Positions 1 to 13,042 of a DNA stretch of 64,000 bases are shown in pieces. Below the pieces are notes generated by a model. That model saw only the letters and a program-made list of their open reading frames with translations, did not search any database and had not been told where the DNA came from. The stretch spans positions 67,456,001 through 67,520,000 of the forward strand of contig OZ024741.1 of NCBI GenBank assembly GCA_964016885.1, written 5' to 3'. The translations under genes were made by a program, and so were the position numbers. The stretch is from Eledone cirrhosa (Eukaryota). Each line of letters opens with the position of its first letter. The first letter of the stretch is position 1.

Positions 1-215
1 ATGGACCATAACGCACCAAAGTACTCAATACTTAGGGTAGTAGAGTGGGTAATAGGAACAAGTATCACCCCGACGGCAGAACTCAAGCCATTTCGACGGC
101 TATTTCTGGACTAAATAAGAATTTTTAGCCTGGTAAATAAATAGCCGAACTTCTCAGGAGGTATTTCCTTTAAATGGGAAGATAGTAATTGTCAAAAGGA
201 TTGGTGAAAACAGCC
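1..215 (-). mobile_element. Inverted 3'-terminal copy of PLE-derived repeat family A
   Basis: Reverse complement of 1245-1379 and 7320-7478. Related termini occur at ~3075-3148, ~4725-4810 and ~30585-30785, each next to (TA)n. Confidence 0.7.
67..162 (-). ncRNA. Hammerhead-like motif, family A (CUGAGAA core)
   Basis: Minus strand: ACCTC-CTGAGAA-G..CGGCTATTT...AAATAGCCG..C-GAAA-TGGC..GCCG-TC-GGGGT. Stems I, II and III can pair; GUC triplet. Confidence 0.55.
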
Positions 216-265
216 AAATCCGTCGCGCCCATACTGACGTCGAACGGGGAGTCAGACGAACTGGT
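213..265 (-). pseudogene. Tiny Naiad-type PLE reverse transcriptase fragment
   Basis: Minus strand translates SSSDSPFDVSMGATDLA, matching PFDVSMGASDSA in the Naiad RT at 39507-41144. Confidence 0.6.
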
Positions 266-894
266 AACCGCATACAAACACAGATTGCGTAGGACTTACC
301 TCGCCCTCAAACCCCATTGTGACCGGGGGGGGGGGGTTAGAAGCGGGCTGATACCCGCCACTTGCCGATTTTGTAAGGGGTAACCCTTGGTTACAAAGGT
401 AGACGTAACTTTTTTATCTTTTCCTCTATGTTTCCTTCTTTCCCCCCATCTCTTCCTAGTCCTTCCACCCCAGATCTCCTTCCTCGTCTTTTTTTCATCT
501 TTAGCCTACCCCGATGCAGCCCATCGGTCCTCTGTAGCCTCAGTACTCCTCCCCCCTAATTTTAAGATACAATTGGCCGATTATGCTTTTTAGAGCAGAT
601 GTGTTAGACCCCAGTAAATGTTTTTCTTTCTGGTTGCTACTCTATTTCTGTGGTTTCTAAATTTCTTAGTGGTATTTTTGTATTAGTATTTTTGTATTAG
701 TATTATTGTATTAATATTTTGTATTATTATTTTTGTAGTAATATTTTAGTATTTGTGTTCTCAATTTATTAACCTGTCATTGCAAGATAGCAATGGCTGA
801 TTACTAACTATCTATAGCAGTGGTGTTAGACCCCCTGTAAAGCCGGCTTTATAAAATTCTTTCACTACAGTCTCTTATTTAGTATTTTTCCCAT

Positions 895-1379
895 TCTCCA
901 CCTATTAAACTTTTCTATAGCTTAGCAATACCAATGAGAAATTTGGTGATTGTGGAAATGGAGTAGTAACCAGAAATTTTTTTTTTATATATTTATTTCC
1001 TTATTTTTGTAATGGTTTTTTTTTACTCCCTTTCGATTTACCTATTCTTTCACCCCCCTCCCCCTCCTCTTCTCCAGTACACTTTTTTCGACCTTTTATA
1101 CACTATCCTTAGAATCTGCTGTATAGATTTCACTTTCAACGCTTGACTGGGTTTCCCCCACTCCCTCTTTGTTCTACCAGCAAGTTCAGCCACCCCTACC
1201 TCCCACCAAATGCCATGATAGATTCATCTGTCTTTACAACAAATTTTTGACCAATCATTTTGACAATTACTATCTTCCCATATAAGGAAATACCCCCTAA
1301 GAAGTTCGGCTATTTATTTAGTCCAGAAATAGCCGTCGAAACGGCTTGAGCTCTGCCGTCGGGGTCATACTTGTTCCTA
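895..1379 (+). mobile_element. PLE-derived family A 3' region (copy 1)
   Basis: Aligns by eye with 6960-7478. Ends in a degenerate HHR motif (1292-1365) followed by (TA)n. Confidence 0.7.
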
Positions 1380-1398
1380 TATATATATATGGTATATA

Positions 1399-1595
1399 TA
1401 GAAGTGGTTACACAACAGTTAGTTCCCCATACCGAGAACAATTGTTTCACCTTAGCGGATCCTCAGCTCGTAAAGGTGAAACAATTGTTCTCGGTATGGT
1501 GAACGAACTGTTGTTGTGTAACCACTTCTACCTAACTCGTCCCATGGACTGAGTGCTCTACCACTACGGATATTATTTCCAGTGTTCTACCACTA
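1399..1595. mobile_element. Short palindromic insertion of HHR family B
   Basis: 1399-1453 is the inverse of ~1473-1530; flanked by (TA)n. Further copies at 5569-5750 and 34981-35148. Confidence 0.7.
1433..1470 (-). ncRNA. Minimal type I hammerhead ribozyme, family B
   Basis: CGAG-CTGAGGA-T-CC-GCTAA-GG-T-GAAA-CAATTG-TT-CTCG: 4-bp stem I, canonical core, palindromic stem III, GUU triplet. Confidence 0.75.
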
Positions 1596-1703
1596 CATAT
1601 TTATATATATATATATATATATATATGTACCAGTGCATGTGCATGTCTATACGTGTGGGCATGTGTGTATATAAGTGTCTGCATAAGAAAATACACGTAC
1701 TCA

Positions 1704-1761
<58 letters not shown>

Positions 1762-2055
1762 TGTAAGCGTAAGACATATATTTAAGGATTATTAAAAACA
1801 TGTGTAAACATTCAGTGTATTTAAATAAAAACACCAGTAATAGAATATACTCTTAAATATATAATGTGACTATAGTTGGTCAGTCTGGTTGAATGTAAGT
1901 AAGTCTGTTATGTTATTGTTACACTTGATGCTGCTGCCGTTGTAGTTGGGTCTACAGCTGTTTTAGTTGTTCGTACTGGTTCTTAAATATTTCAATGCAT
2001 CATGATCACATAAATAATATGCACAGTTAAGTACAACCATACTCCATATGTATAC

Positions 2056-2097
<42 letters not shown>

Positions 2098-2102
<5 letters not shown>

Positions 2103-3049
2103 GAAGAGAGAAGAAACATTTAGATATCATTAGTAATAAAATGTATCATACCTAAACTGCTCCTAGATTTCTCGACTACGTAGTTTCGTGGCATAAACAA
2201 AAACAATACATCATAAAGATATAGAGTCCCTGCGAGGTCTGCCGACTTATCAAGAGGATACCTCATTTTACTAGTCTCAAGAACGCGTCTACACGACGTG
2301 AGAAAGAATCCCAAAAGGCGGAGGGGGAGATAGTCACGTGATATAACGGTCGAGAAACAGAGCTAAGCCTCTTATAACCCCGAAGAAAATACCACAGAGG
2401 CGGAGGGGGTATTTATATCGAAGCCGCAGAAGAGGTGGTGAAGGAGGCGAGAAGTATGAGTAATGGCAGCTTTTCAGCAGCCACCACACTTCAAAGATTA
2501 CTCAACCAGAGGGAGTTATTAACAATATATTTAGAAACACACAGATACATGCGGACACACACATATACATGAATGCATCCACACCCAACCGTGAGTTAAG
2601 GGTGCCAACCTCACCGATGTTGCTCAATGAATGACTGGGACAGACCAATCCGGTTGGACCAGACTGAACCAGTATCAGAGTTAAAAATATATTATGAAGA
2701 GAGAAGAAACATTTAGATATAATTAGTAATAAAATGTATCATACCTAAACTGCTCCTAGATTCCTCGACTACGTAGTTTCGTGGCATAAACAAAAACAAT
2801 ACATCATAAAGATATAGAGTCCCTGCGAGGTCTGCCGACTTATCAAGTGGATACCTCATTTTACTAGTCTCAAGAACGCGTCTACACGACGTGAGAAAGA
2901 ATCCCAAAAGGCGGATGGGGAGATAGTCACGCGATATAACGGTCGAGAAACAGAGCTAAGCCTCTTATAACCCCGAAGAAAATACCACAGAGGCGGAGGG
3001 GGTATTTATATCGAAGCCGCAGAAGAGGTGGTGAAGGAGGCGAGAAGTA
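2098..3049 (-). mobile_element. 1.6 tandem units of a 593-bp HHR-bearing repeat (retrozyme-like, family C)
   Basis: Direct repeat of period 593 (identical ORF-track peptides at 2120 and 2713), bounded by (TA)n. Diverged relative at 50187-50805. Confidence 0.75.
2169..2258 (-). ncRNA. Hammerhead variant with U3:A8 core (UUGAUAA), family C
   Basis: TCCTC-TTGATAA-GTCGGCA...TGCCAC-GAAA-CTACGTAG-TC-GAG. Copies at 2762-2851 and 50255-50345. Confidence 0.7.
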
Positions 3050-3144
3050 TATATATATATATATATAAAGAACAAAGAATGTGTGGTAAGTTACCAGGTG
3101 GACCATAACGCACCAGAGTACTCGACCCTTAGGGTAGTAGAATG

Positions 3145-3204
<60 letters not shown>

Positions 3205-4321
3205 ATATATAAAATCTTAGACAACTCAGCGTTTGCGCATAAACACACCTGCACCGTGTCGTATTTATGACAGTATTGTATAAGCTCAATGTACAGAGCC
3301 GTTATATGTAAAAGAAATCAAAGAACGCCTACATACTCATACAATTTTTATTTGCTAACAATATTTCATCCATACCATTGGGATTTTGAACACGTGGGGA
3401 TTTTTTTAATGCATGTATTCAACCTGTATTGCATGTTACTATATGTGAGGTTTTGTTTTGGCGACTGGTTTGAACTTTAAGGACCATCTACATATGTTGT
3501 AAACCCTGGACCGTATTACTATCTACTGATAATCCACTATCTTTATAGCCTCTTCGGTAGATATGAATATGTTGTGTCTCCTCGCCAGATGTGTGTTTTT
3601 TAGGGACTTAACCATTTTTATTATGTCATTTGCTTTAGCCTGATCATGCAATAACCCTGCTTTGCTTGTGTTTGGCCTGTATTTATTTATGTGCTGCATG
3701 TATACATACAGGTATAGCACCCATGGTCCACATAATTCCGTAACCTACTAGTATACTTTGATTATGTATACTATGGGGATGAATAAAATCCCAATTAGGA
3801 TTTCTGAAGGTATCTTGGGAGCCTTTTAGTATTTCTATAATTCTAAGTTATGGAGAACTAAATCACCTGTTATATATAGTGACCAACGCATATCTTCTTC
3901 TGTTTTTTGTGTGCCTTAAAAAAAATTTTCTTTATTCTTTTTAAAAAATTTTTTAATCTCTTTATATTATTACTTTCCTTTTACTTTATTATTATATATT
4001 TTAACTATTGTTTATATTTTTTGCTTTTGTGTGCCCTCACGTGCTTCTGCATCTTGAAAAAATCTGCCTGTACCATTGCATTTAGCTGTAGTACTGAATA
4101 ACAACCCTACTATGCACTCTCTCAATACTCGCCATTTCCGATATCCCTCCGGTTGCCCTCTATTGTATTTCTAATGTTCATGTGACGAAGCTCGGAAGAG
4201 CCTATACTCAGCATTGTAATTTTATTTTTAAAGCTCTGACGATTCCTGCCCAATGGTATGGATGAAACATTGTTAGCAAATAAAAATTGTAAGAGTATGT
4301 AGGCGTTCTTTGATTTCTTTT

Positions 4322-4354
<33 letters not shown>

Positions 4355-4355
<1 letters not shown>

Positions 4356-4506
4356 TCCACCGTATTTTTGACTAGAGAAATTTTAGCATGATAATGGGGT
4401 TTAGAACCCTCAGATAAATGGAAAAAGATGAGTATTGATGTACATGGGAGTCGAACCCACATCTTTGGTTATCCAGACTACTGTGCTACGATTACACCAA
4501 CACATC
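4355..4506 (-). mobile_element. tRNA-derived SINE
   Basis: Head 4436-4506 has an A box (TGGTGTAATCG), a T-arm/B box (GTGGG-TTCGACT-CCCAT) and a 7-bp acceptor-like stem, but the anticodon arm is degenerate. The body recurs at ~4585-4655 and ~13545-13635. Confidence 0.65.
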
Positions 4507-4846
4507 ACCCATCTCCTTCCATTCAAATTAGAAGCTACATTCTTAGCAAGTATAAATGACGAGTAAGTATGTTTTGAAACATGTATTTCCATTTATATGA
4601 GGGTTCTAAACCCCATTATCAGGCTAAAATTTCTTTAGTCAAAAATACGGTGAAAGCTATTCTATTTGCTAATTTCAAGCCTGCTCACTGTTTCAAAACC
4701 TACTCATATATATATATATATAACGAAGGAGTTGTGGTAAGGAACCAGATGGACCATAACGCACCAGAGTACTCAATATTTAGGGTAGTAGGGTCGTGCC
4801 GCCGGGGTCATACATATATATATATATATATAGAGAGAGAGATAGA

Positions 4847-4931
<85 letters not shown>

Positions 4932-5010
4932 GTGTATTATGGTAGCTATGGTGCCTCCATAGGCGGTATGCCAAAATTAGCACTCAATATTCAGCAGAGT
5001 AGAATGTAGA

Positions 5011-5296
5011 TAGTATAAAGAAAACGAAAAATCAGTGATGCATCTGGACTCAATTTATTGCGTCTTCCAATTGTTTCGCCGGCAGGTAGCTCCAGACATG
5101 GTCCCTGTATGGATCTGGCTGATTCTATGGCTGCAGGTTTCTTCAGACACGGGTAGTTCGTTCGACACGGGTAGTTCGTTAGAATCAGCCAGATCCATAC
5201 AGGGACCATGTCTCGAGCTACCTGCCGGCGAAACAATTGTAAAACGCAATAGATTGAGTCCAGATGCATCACTGATTTTTCGTTTTCTTTATACTA
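5011..5296. repeat. ~115-bp-arm inverted repeat with partial HHR motifs
   Basis: 5011-5127 is the near-perfect inverse of 5180-5296. Arms contain GAAA-CAATTG-TA; CTGAAGA lies in the spacer on the minus strand. Confidence 0.8.
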
Positions 5297-5493
5297 TATA
5301 TATATATATAAATTTCTGCGTGTGTTACTGTGTGTGTATTCGGTTGCTCGTCTGATGAAATATCTTCATTAAAGAACTCAATACTGTGTAGAAATACAGT
5401 ACAGCATAATTCCTCTATATTGATAATAAAATATATATTTACACACATATACACAGATACACGGACGAACAGACAGAAACACACATACATATA

Positions 5494-5572
<79 letters not shown>

Positions 5573-5667
5573 GTAGAACACTGGAAGGTAATATCCGTAG
5601 TGTTAGAGCACTCAGTCCATGGGGCTAGTTAGGTAGAAGTGTTTACATAACAGTTAGTTCACCATAC

Positions 5668-5705
5668 CGAGAACAATTGTTTCAACTTAGCGGATCCTCA
5701 GCTCG
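5668..5705 (-). ncRNA. Minimal hammerhead, family B copy
   Basis: Same as 1433-1470 with one stem II substitution. Confidence 0.65.
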
Positions 5706-5771
5706 TAATGGGCATGGTTATACTGTTCTGTAACCACTTCTATATATATATATTATACTGTTGTGTAACCA

Positions 5772-5973
<202 letters not shown>

Positions 5974-6040
5974 TATATACATATATATATATGTATATAT
6001 ATATATATACATATATACAAATATATATATACATATATAC

Positions 6041-6068
<28 letters not shown>

Positions 6069-6071
<3 letters not shown>

Positions 6072-6790
6072 AAGAATTAATATCTAGTAACATATATATA
6101 CACATACAGATGCATATCGATGCTAGCAAATATATAGGTTTTGTCTTAGTAACTTTGTGGTTCAATGCAGGAGGATGCAGAACAATAATATGAGAGACGT
6201 AAATTAAGAAAATTATAAAATTAACGTACTTACTAAAATATCACTTCCAACTAATTAGTTTCTGAAATGGAATAAATATATTTTCCGAAGAAACCACAGA
6301 GAATCATTTCGTCGTCAGCGAAGACTATTCTCATCTAAGTATCCAGGCAAAGTGGGGACTCTGGAAACTTATTCAAAAATAATTCAGTGGATAGAAAATA
6401 GCAAAGCGTGGACTGAATTCCTAGCCATTGAGAAAATCACTGCCTCTGCGTCGGTGGCAAATTCAAAAAGAATCAATCACGTGACATCGAGGTCAATCAG
6501 TGGAAAGTGGTTTGCTAATAAGACAGCGGCCTGCCTGCTACCATAGCAGCAGTCGTGGCCAATATTGCTCGACAAATAATTTGGAGATAATTATAAAGAA
6601 TTAATATCTAGTAACATATATATACACATACAGATGCATATCGATGCTAGCAAATATATAGGTTTTGTCTTAGTAACTTTGTGGTTCAATGCATGGGGTT
6701 GCAGAACAATAATATGAGAGACGTAAAATAAGAAAATTATAAAATTAACTTACTTACTAAAATATTTTAGTAAGTAAGTTAATTTTATGA
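6069..6790. repeat. ~524-bp partial tandem repeat with short terminal inversion
   Basis: 6069-6240 is repeated at 6593-6763; ~6765-6788 is the inverse of the preceding ~24 bp. Confidence 0.75.
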
Positions 6791-6959
6791 TTATGGCATC
6801 AAATACATGGCATCAATGTAACAGTTATAGAATTTTTAATTTTTAATATTTAAAAAACTACTAGAGAAATATTTTGGTAAAGATTACCTTTGTGGGGATA
6901 TCGAACATTAAATGTATATTTTCTTTCTTTCGCGGGTTTCGTAAATCCTTTAAATTTAG

Positions 6960-7473
6960 TATTTTCTCCACCTATTAAACTTTCTATAGCTTAGCAATAC
7001 CAATGAGAGATTTGGTGATTGTGGAAGGGGAGTAGTAACCAGAAATTGTTTTTTATATATTTATTTCCTTACTTTTATAATGGTTTCGTTGATTACTCCC
7101 TTTCGATATACCTATTCTTTCAAATTCCATGCCCCCTCCTCCCCTTCTCCAGTACTCTTTTCTCGACCTTCTATACACTATCCTTAGAATCTGCTGTATA
7201 GATTTCACTTTCAACGCCTGACTGGCTTTCCCCCACTCTCTCTTTGTCCTACCGGCTAGTTCAGCTACCCCTACCTCCCACCAAATGCCATGATAGCATC
7301 ATCTGTCTTTACAACAAATGTTTGACCAATCCCTTTGGACAATTACTATCTTCCCATATAAGGAATTACCCCCTGAGAAATTCGGCTATTTATTTACCAG
7401 GCTAAAAATTCTTATTTAGTCCAGAATTAGCCGTCGAAACGGCTTGAGCTCTGCCGTCGGGATCATACTTGTT

Positions 7474-7478
<5 letters not shown>
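6960..7478 (+). mobile_element. PLE-derived family A 3' region (copy 2) with HHR-like motif at 7368-7463
   Basis: Matches 895-1379. ACCCC-CTGAGAA...GAAA-CGGC...GCCG-TC-GGGAT is followed by (TA)n. Confidence 0.7.
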
Positions 7479-7519
<41 letters not shown>

Positions 7520-7523
<4 letters not shown>

Positions 7524-8745
7524 GGTTGGAAAAAATGCAATGCCTGACCTTGATATTTAGAAGATTTCTGTATTAATGTGCCAAATAATTTGATTTGATG
7601 ATTATTTATATATTTTTGTTTAGTTTTACCAGATTCAGCTGTTTTCAAAACGATTTCCGTTAAAGTCTTTCGAAAAATGTTTTTCGTTTATATTTATCTC
7701 TCGTTTTATCTCCTCTGTTCTTTGGATTGAAACTTGAAATCTATGGTATTACCTTTATTTCTTGTTTTGTATTTGTTTCTCGGAATGTTTGAATATTGAT
7801 TAGATTCTGAGGATATTTGGGATATTGATTTGACTTGTTGATTAAATTCTGACGATTTTTTCTATTGACAAGTATTTGTTTCAACTCTTCTTGTCTCTGG
7901 GCTCTGGTTGTTGGGTTTGAGACTATTGTACAGATATGCATAGTTAAGTTAAAAGAGATGTTGGTACGGGTGTGTGATGAATGAGATGTAAAAAGTGATG
8001 TTGTCAGAAACAGTAGGTTTGAAATATATGTATGTTTCAAAAAATCTATTTCTTTTTGGTATTAGGATATCTAAACATGGAAGTTTTGTATTCCTGAAAT
8101 ACATAGTGAATTGGATGTTCTGGTATATACCATTGATGGTTTGAAATTTCTTTAGTTTAGTCAAGATTTCCCCTCCACGATTTAAAGCAACCATCCAAGT
8201 ACCACTTTCAATTTTCGCTTGTGTAGTCGCCGAAATTCTTCCCATAAATTTAATCCTTTTTTTTTCTTTTTCTTTTTTGTAAATTTGTATTTCATGGTAT
8301 CCCATAGCAAGGGTGACATATGTTGGCGGAACATTTGCTCCGTGGCTGTTCTTTATTTCTCTCGGTAAGCTATTTCATCGAAGATGAAATAATTGTTCTT
8401 TTTAAATTAATTCACATCCGTCTCCGCTGAAATTCTTATTAAAGTGGTCTGGTAGTTCATAAGGGAAATGAGTCTAGCCAGTATTTGAGCGCTTTGATTC
8501 CATAATCGTTTAAAATGTTAATGTATATGTTCATAATATCCAATGAGACCATATAAGTGCTTGGCTTACATTATCTGGTAGATAATTGAGAAAATCTAAA
8601 TCATCTCCAATGAAACTCCAAATGTGTTTGAGGAGAGGTTAGAAAATAATATCTAAGAAAGTGCTTAAGCGGTGTTTTTCAAATTGGGCCTGCTATAACA
8701 GGTCAGAGGTTTAACTTCTCCATCGCATTTCGATTTCCATTTGAT
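7520..8745 (-). pseudogene. Degraded Penelope-like RT (Neptune/Poseidon type)
   Basis: Fragments LPCLDILI, IYFKPT and NLTMHICTIVSN parallel LPFLDILI, IYYKPT and NLAKRICTIVSN in the element at 63052-63936. Many stops and frameshifts. Confidence 0.75.
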
Positions 8746-9612
8746 TATCAATGTCCTTGTATTTTTGTTAATTTGACACACACACACACACACACAAACA
8801 CACTCGTGCGCGCACACACACATATATATATAAGAAATAAATATCGTTCTTTACAAAAACAATATAAACAAGTTATAAAGATAGGTGGCGAAGTTAAACA
8901 CAACTCAAAATAGAGTAATCTATTATAAAAGCAATACAATAGGTTATGTATCATACCCCTTTGAAAGAAGTTTTCAAAAAGGCATGTATACAAAATCCTA
9001 TCGTGCAATTACACTAGAACAATTACACTAGAAACAAATTTTTATTTTTCGCTGCTTTCACCTTTTAACGGGATATTCTGATATATATTTATCCTTATCG
9101 AGCCGCTTTCGATTTTAGTCTTCACATTTATATTATTACAATACCTGGCCGGTCTACCTATATATATATATAGTGGTATACTGGCCAGGTTGCTAGGTTG
9201 CCGAATGGCAAGTGGCCCACGGTAGCATTTCAAGAACCCACAGTAGCATTACAAGGCGCACTAGTATTTTAGGGCCAATGCTTTGCTTTCAAAAAATACC
9301 TGAAATCCAAGAGAAAGAATAAATTAAAAATAAAAATATAAAACAATTAAGCAAACCATTTGGTCAACCAATTCCCCAGGGAATTACTAGAAAACAAAAT
9401 ATATGATGGTGCATATAGCTGGAATCAGTGGTTGTACATTCTAAAGCTTAGTGTATTCATTTATGCATGCAAACACACATATATAGGCACAGAGACACAC
9501 GCATATATATATATATTTATTTATATACTAAAATACGAACTACTGACCAAATAATATATGGTATCAATGGGTTAAAAACATCTGTCAAATCAATTAGTGG
9601 TGAAGGTAGTGA

Positions 9613-9664
<52 letters not shown>

Positions 9665-9961
9665 AGAGAGAGAGGGGGGGAGAGATAGATAGATAGATAG
9701 ACACATACATTGAGTGAGTCTGAAAGACCAAAGGTCATTGTTGAAAGTCTCTGGATTTCGCAAAATACATAATATATTTTATTGGAGAAGGTAAGATATT
9801 TTTTCGCAAAAATTTGATTGCACTGTTTTGATTCAACTTATGTATTTTTTGAAAATGTTATTTATTCCTTATAAAAATTAAATGTTAGCATTCTATATGC
9901 AGGTGGGCCCCCTTCATTTGGCAAGCAATATTTTTAGACCTAGTCCGTCACTGTATATATA

Positions 9962-10036
9962 TAGCCCTACTTCCGACCAGGATCGAACTTCAGACCAGGA
10001 TCACCACCGTCTACGATTCCGCCAACTAGGCCACCA
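9962..10036 (-). mobile_element. tRNA-derived SINE head
   Basis: Minus strand GGTGGCCTAGTTGG (A box) and GTTCGATCC (B box). Lies between two ~220-bp direct repeats (9735-9955 and 10160-10382). Confidence 0.5.
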
Positions 10037-10377
10037 AATAGTTACAAGTGTATAATGACAATTGATAATTATAAGCCTACTTTCAAAATCAAAGTTAAGA
10101 ATATCTGGTGTCGTTCATGGCTTTCCTAGAGCTATTAGTAATATTTAGGGTCGACTTCTATCATTATTGAAAGTCTCTGGATTTCGCAAAATACATAATA
10201 TTTTTTTATTGGAGAAGGTAAGATATTTTCCCGGAAAGATTTGATAGCACTGTTTTGTTTCCACTTATGTATTTTTTGAAAATGTTATTTATTCATAAAA
10301 CTTAAATGATACCATTCTATATGTAGGTGGGCCCCCTTCATCTCCTGGCAACCAATATTTCTAGACCCAGTCTGCCA

Positions 10378-10421
<44 letters not shown>

Positions 10422-10476
10422 GTGGGAAAGTAAAAGATCGGAGAATAGACCGTTAAAACATGTTTATTTAAAACAC

Positions 10477-10516
10477 CACCTACGTACGTTTCGCCCAATT
10501 GGGCTTCTCAAGGGCA
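10477..10516 (-). ncRNA. Hammerhead-like motif (UUGAGAA core)
   Basis: GCCC-TTGAGAA-GCCC-AATT-GGGC-GAAA-CGTACG-TA-GGTG; stem I is weak. Sister copy at 11926-11966 (+). Confidence 0.5.
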
Positions 10517-10823
10517 TAAATAATCACAAGTGTTCCTTATATTGCTCGGAAAGAGTTTTCGGGGTTAAATCCACATCAAGGTTCATTGCTCGCAAAAATA
10601 TCTTGTTTTGATTTTGCAGCAGGTCAAGGGAGGTAACTCTGGCCGGTGTTAGGGCAGTCTTTCCCGGACATTTTTTTTTTTTTTTTGCCGCATCCGTTTG
10701 TCTGAGGCTGGGTCTGGTATACAAGGATTGTTTCCTGGGTGTTATTTTGCAGCGCCTGCCCGCCGGGGTGTCAAGACTTGTTGCAGGGGGATCCAGTGAA
10801 CTGTTTCACTCTTCATCCTTAAC

Positions 10824-11629
10824 TTAATAGGAACAATATAAAAATATCCTTCTCTACTACTCCTAACCTAGCAGACATCATAGGAACAACGAACCACAGT
10901 AAGATCACCAAGACACAGCACCTCGACACAGACGCACCTACACCTGACAATAACTATATCGGCCTTAACAACTCCCTGGCAGCATCCAATAGTGTTGGCA
11001 ACGGCATCCGCAGACGCAACCAGAATAACCGCGAAATGAGTGGGGAACATGCAGAACATGACGTGCGGAATAACAATCGCACCACCCCGCGTGCTGTGGG
11101 TTGTAATTGTGCTAACGACAGCTGCGGTAGCGTAGATAACAACGTAGGCAGCAACAATGATAGCCTTGCCGTGGGAAATAGACGGAACCGCGACAGAAAT
11201 TGCAACTGCCGCGACAGAGGACGCTGCCCCCTTTAAGAATACTGCTTGACTGATAGGGTTATATATAGATGCACTATTACTAGCCACAATAGCGTTAAAC
11301 ATTATATAGGGGCTACCTCCAGCCCGTTCAAAATTAGGTTTCGAACACATCTCCACTCTTGCACAAATAGAAAACTAAGGCACTCCACTTCCCTCGCGGA
11401 CTACATCACATCACTAAAGGACTTAAACATCAGCTTCTCCACGCACTGGCAGATTGTCGGCAGGGCTGCACCTTACAACTTCAAGAGGAAATGCGATCTT
11501 TGCCTCATGGAGCTCTACCACATCATAACTGCACCCCACGAGCTCATCAACAGCAGAGCTGAAACAGCGATAAGTTGTACACATCGCTTAAAAATATCCT
11601 TCTTCAGATGGGTTAAGGATGAAGAGTGA
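10824..11629 (+). pseudogene. PLE linker plus GIY-YIG endonuclease remnant
   Basis: NRNNIKISFSTTPNL...CNCRDRGRCPL*EYCL..VIYRC...HYIGAT..FKIR...H..S...CDLCLMEL...C.H, with one in-frame TAA. Confidence 0.85.
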
Positions 11630-12178
11630 AACAGTACACTGGATCCCCCTGCAACACGTCTTGACACCCCGGCGTGCAGGCGCTGCAAAATAACACCCAG
11701 GAAACAATCCTTGCATACCAGACCCAGCCTCAGACAAACGGATGCGGCAAGAAAAAAAAAAAAAAGAAGATTGTCTGGGAAAGACTGCCCTAACACCGGC
11801 CAGAGTTACCTCCCTTGACCTGCTGCAAAATCAAAACAAGATATTTTTGCGAGCAATGAACCTTGATGTGGATTTAACCCCCAAAACTCTTTCCGAGCAA
11901 TATAAGGAACACTTGTGATTATTTATGCCTTTGAGATGCCCAACTGGGCGAAACGTACGTAGGTGCTGTTTTAAATAAAAATGTTTTAACGGTCTATTCT
12001 CCGATTTTTTACTTTCCCACGTGCTTACGCTCTGCTAACTCTCTAGCCCACTAAATATTAACACTTCGAATATTTAATACTGCCGGCACTAGTATCGAGC
12101 ACCTTTTGCATACGCTACTTGGCAAATAACTATATGTATCACCTATCCCCAATTTTTTTCTTTTTCTCGATACGTAAA

Positions 12179-12229
<51 letters not shown>

Positions 12230-12243
12230 TTATGTAGAAGGTC

Positions 12244-12337
<94 letters not shown>

Positions 12338-12343
12338 ATATAT

Positions 12344-12431
<88 letters not shown>

Positions 12432-12544
12432 TATATAAATATAGAAGACCTTCTACATAACTTATATATATATATATATATATATATAGTATTTACGTAC
12501 GTATCGAGATAGAGAAAAAAAGGGGGGATAGGTGATACATATAG

Positions 12545-12587
<43 letters not shown>

Positions 12588-12734
12588 TATATGAACATCC
12601 CACGAACGGATCTGGAATTTAAAAAGCCAGCTTATATGTACTAGCAGAAAAACACCCTCGGGGTGGTTTCCTGCTAGCATGTGTAGTGTGCATATTTATA
12701 TTATATGCAAATATACATCCAAGTAGATATGATG

Positions 12735-13042
12735 TGTCAAATAAAATAATAATTGACAATATGCACAGAAATTGAAGAGAGACTGTGTTACACTCTCTTC
12801 TGTAATCAATAAAGTAATCCATGATACATTTAAAAAAGACGATATTATATATAAACTGCATTACGGTGAAATGTAATGGAACCTTATATAACGATGCAAA
12901 TATATGGATGTTTATATAAGCAATGTAATAAGTGCTATGATATAACGGACGCTAACCGGAAGTGTAGAAATTTGAAAAAAAAAAGTGAATCTTAAAATAT
13001 ACAATCATTATAAAAGAATATTTATGTTTAATCATCAGCTAC
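12735..13042. repeat. Left arm of a diverged ~300-bp inverted repeat (right arm 22700-23005)
   Basis: Reverse-complement match with scattered substitutions and indels. Confidence 0.8.

Larger units (their letters stand above)
10419..12183 (+). mobile_element. 5'-truncated Naiad-type PLE with inverted copy of its 3' end
   Basis: 10419-10823 is the inverse of 11612-12023; the endonuclease remnant lies between them; both outer ends abut (TA)n. Confidence 0.85.

Noticed and set aside
4436-4506. Functional tRNA gene
   Set aside because: The anticodon arm does not pair and the head is attached to a repeated body, so it is a SINE head.
11234-11236. Selenocysteine recoding, as known in some Naiad PLEs
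   Set aside because: The in-frame stop is TAA at a non-Cys position, not TGA, and the 39-kb Naiad has ordinary Cys codons.
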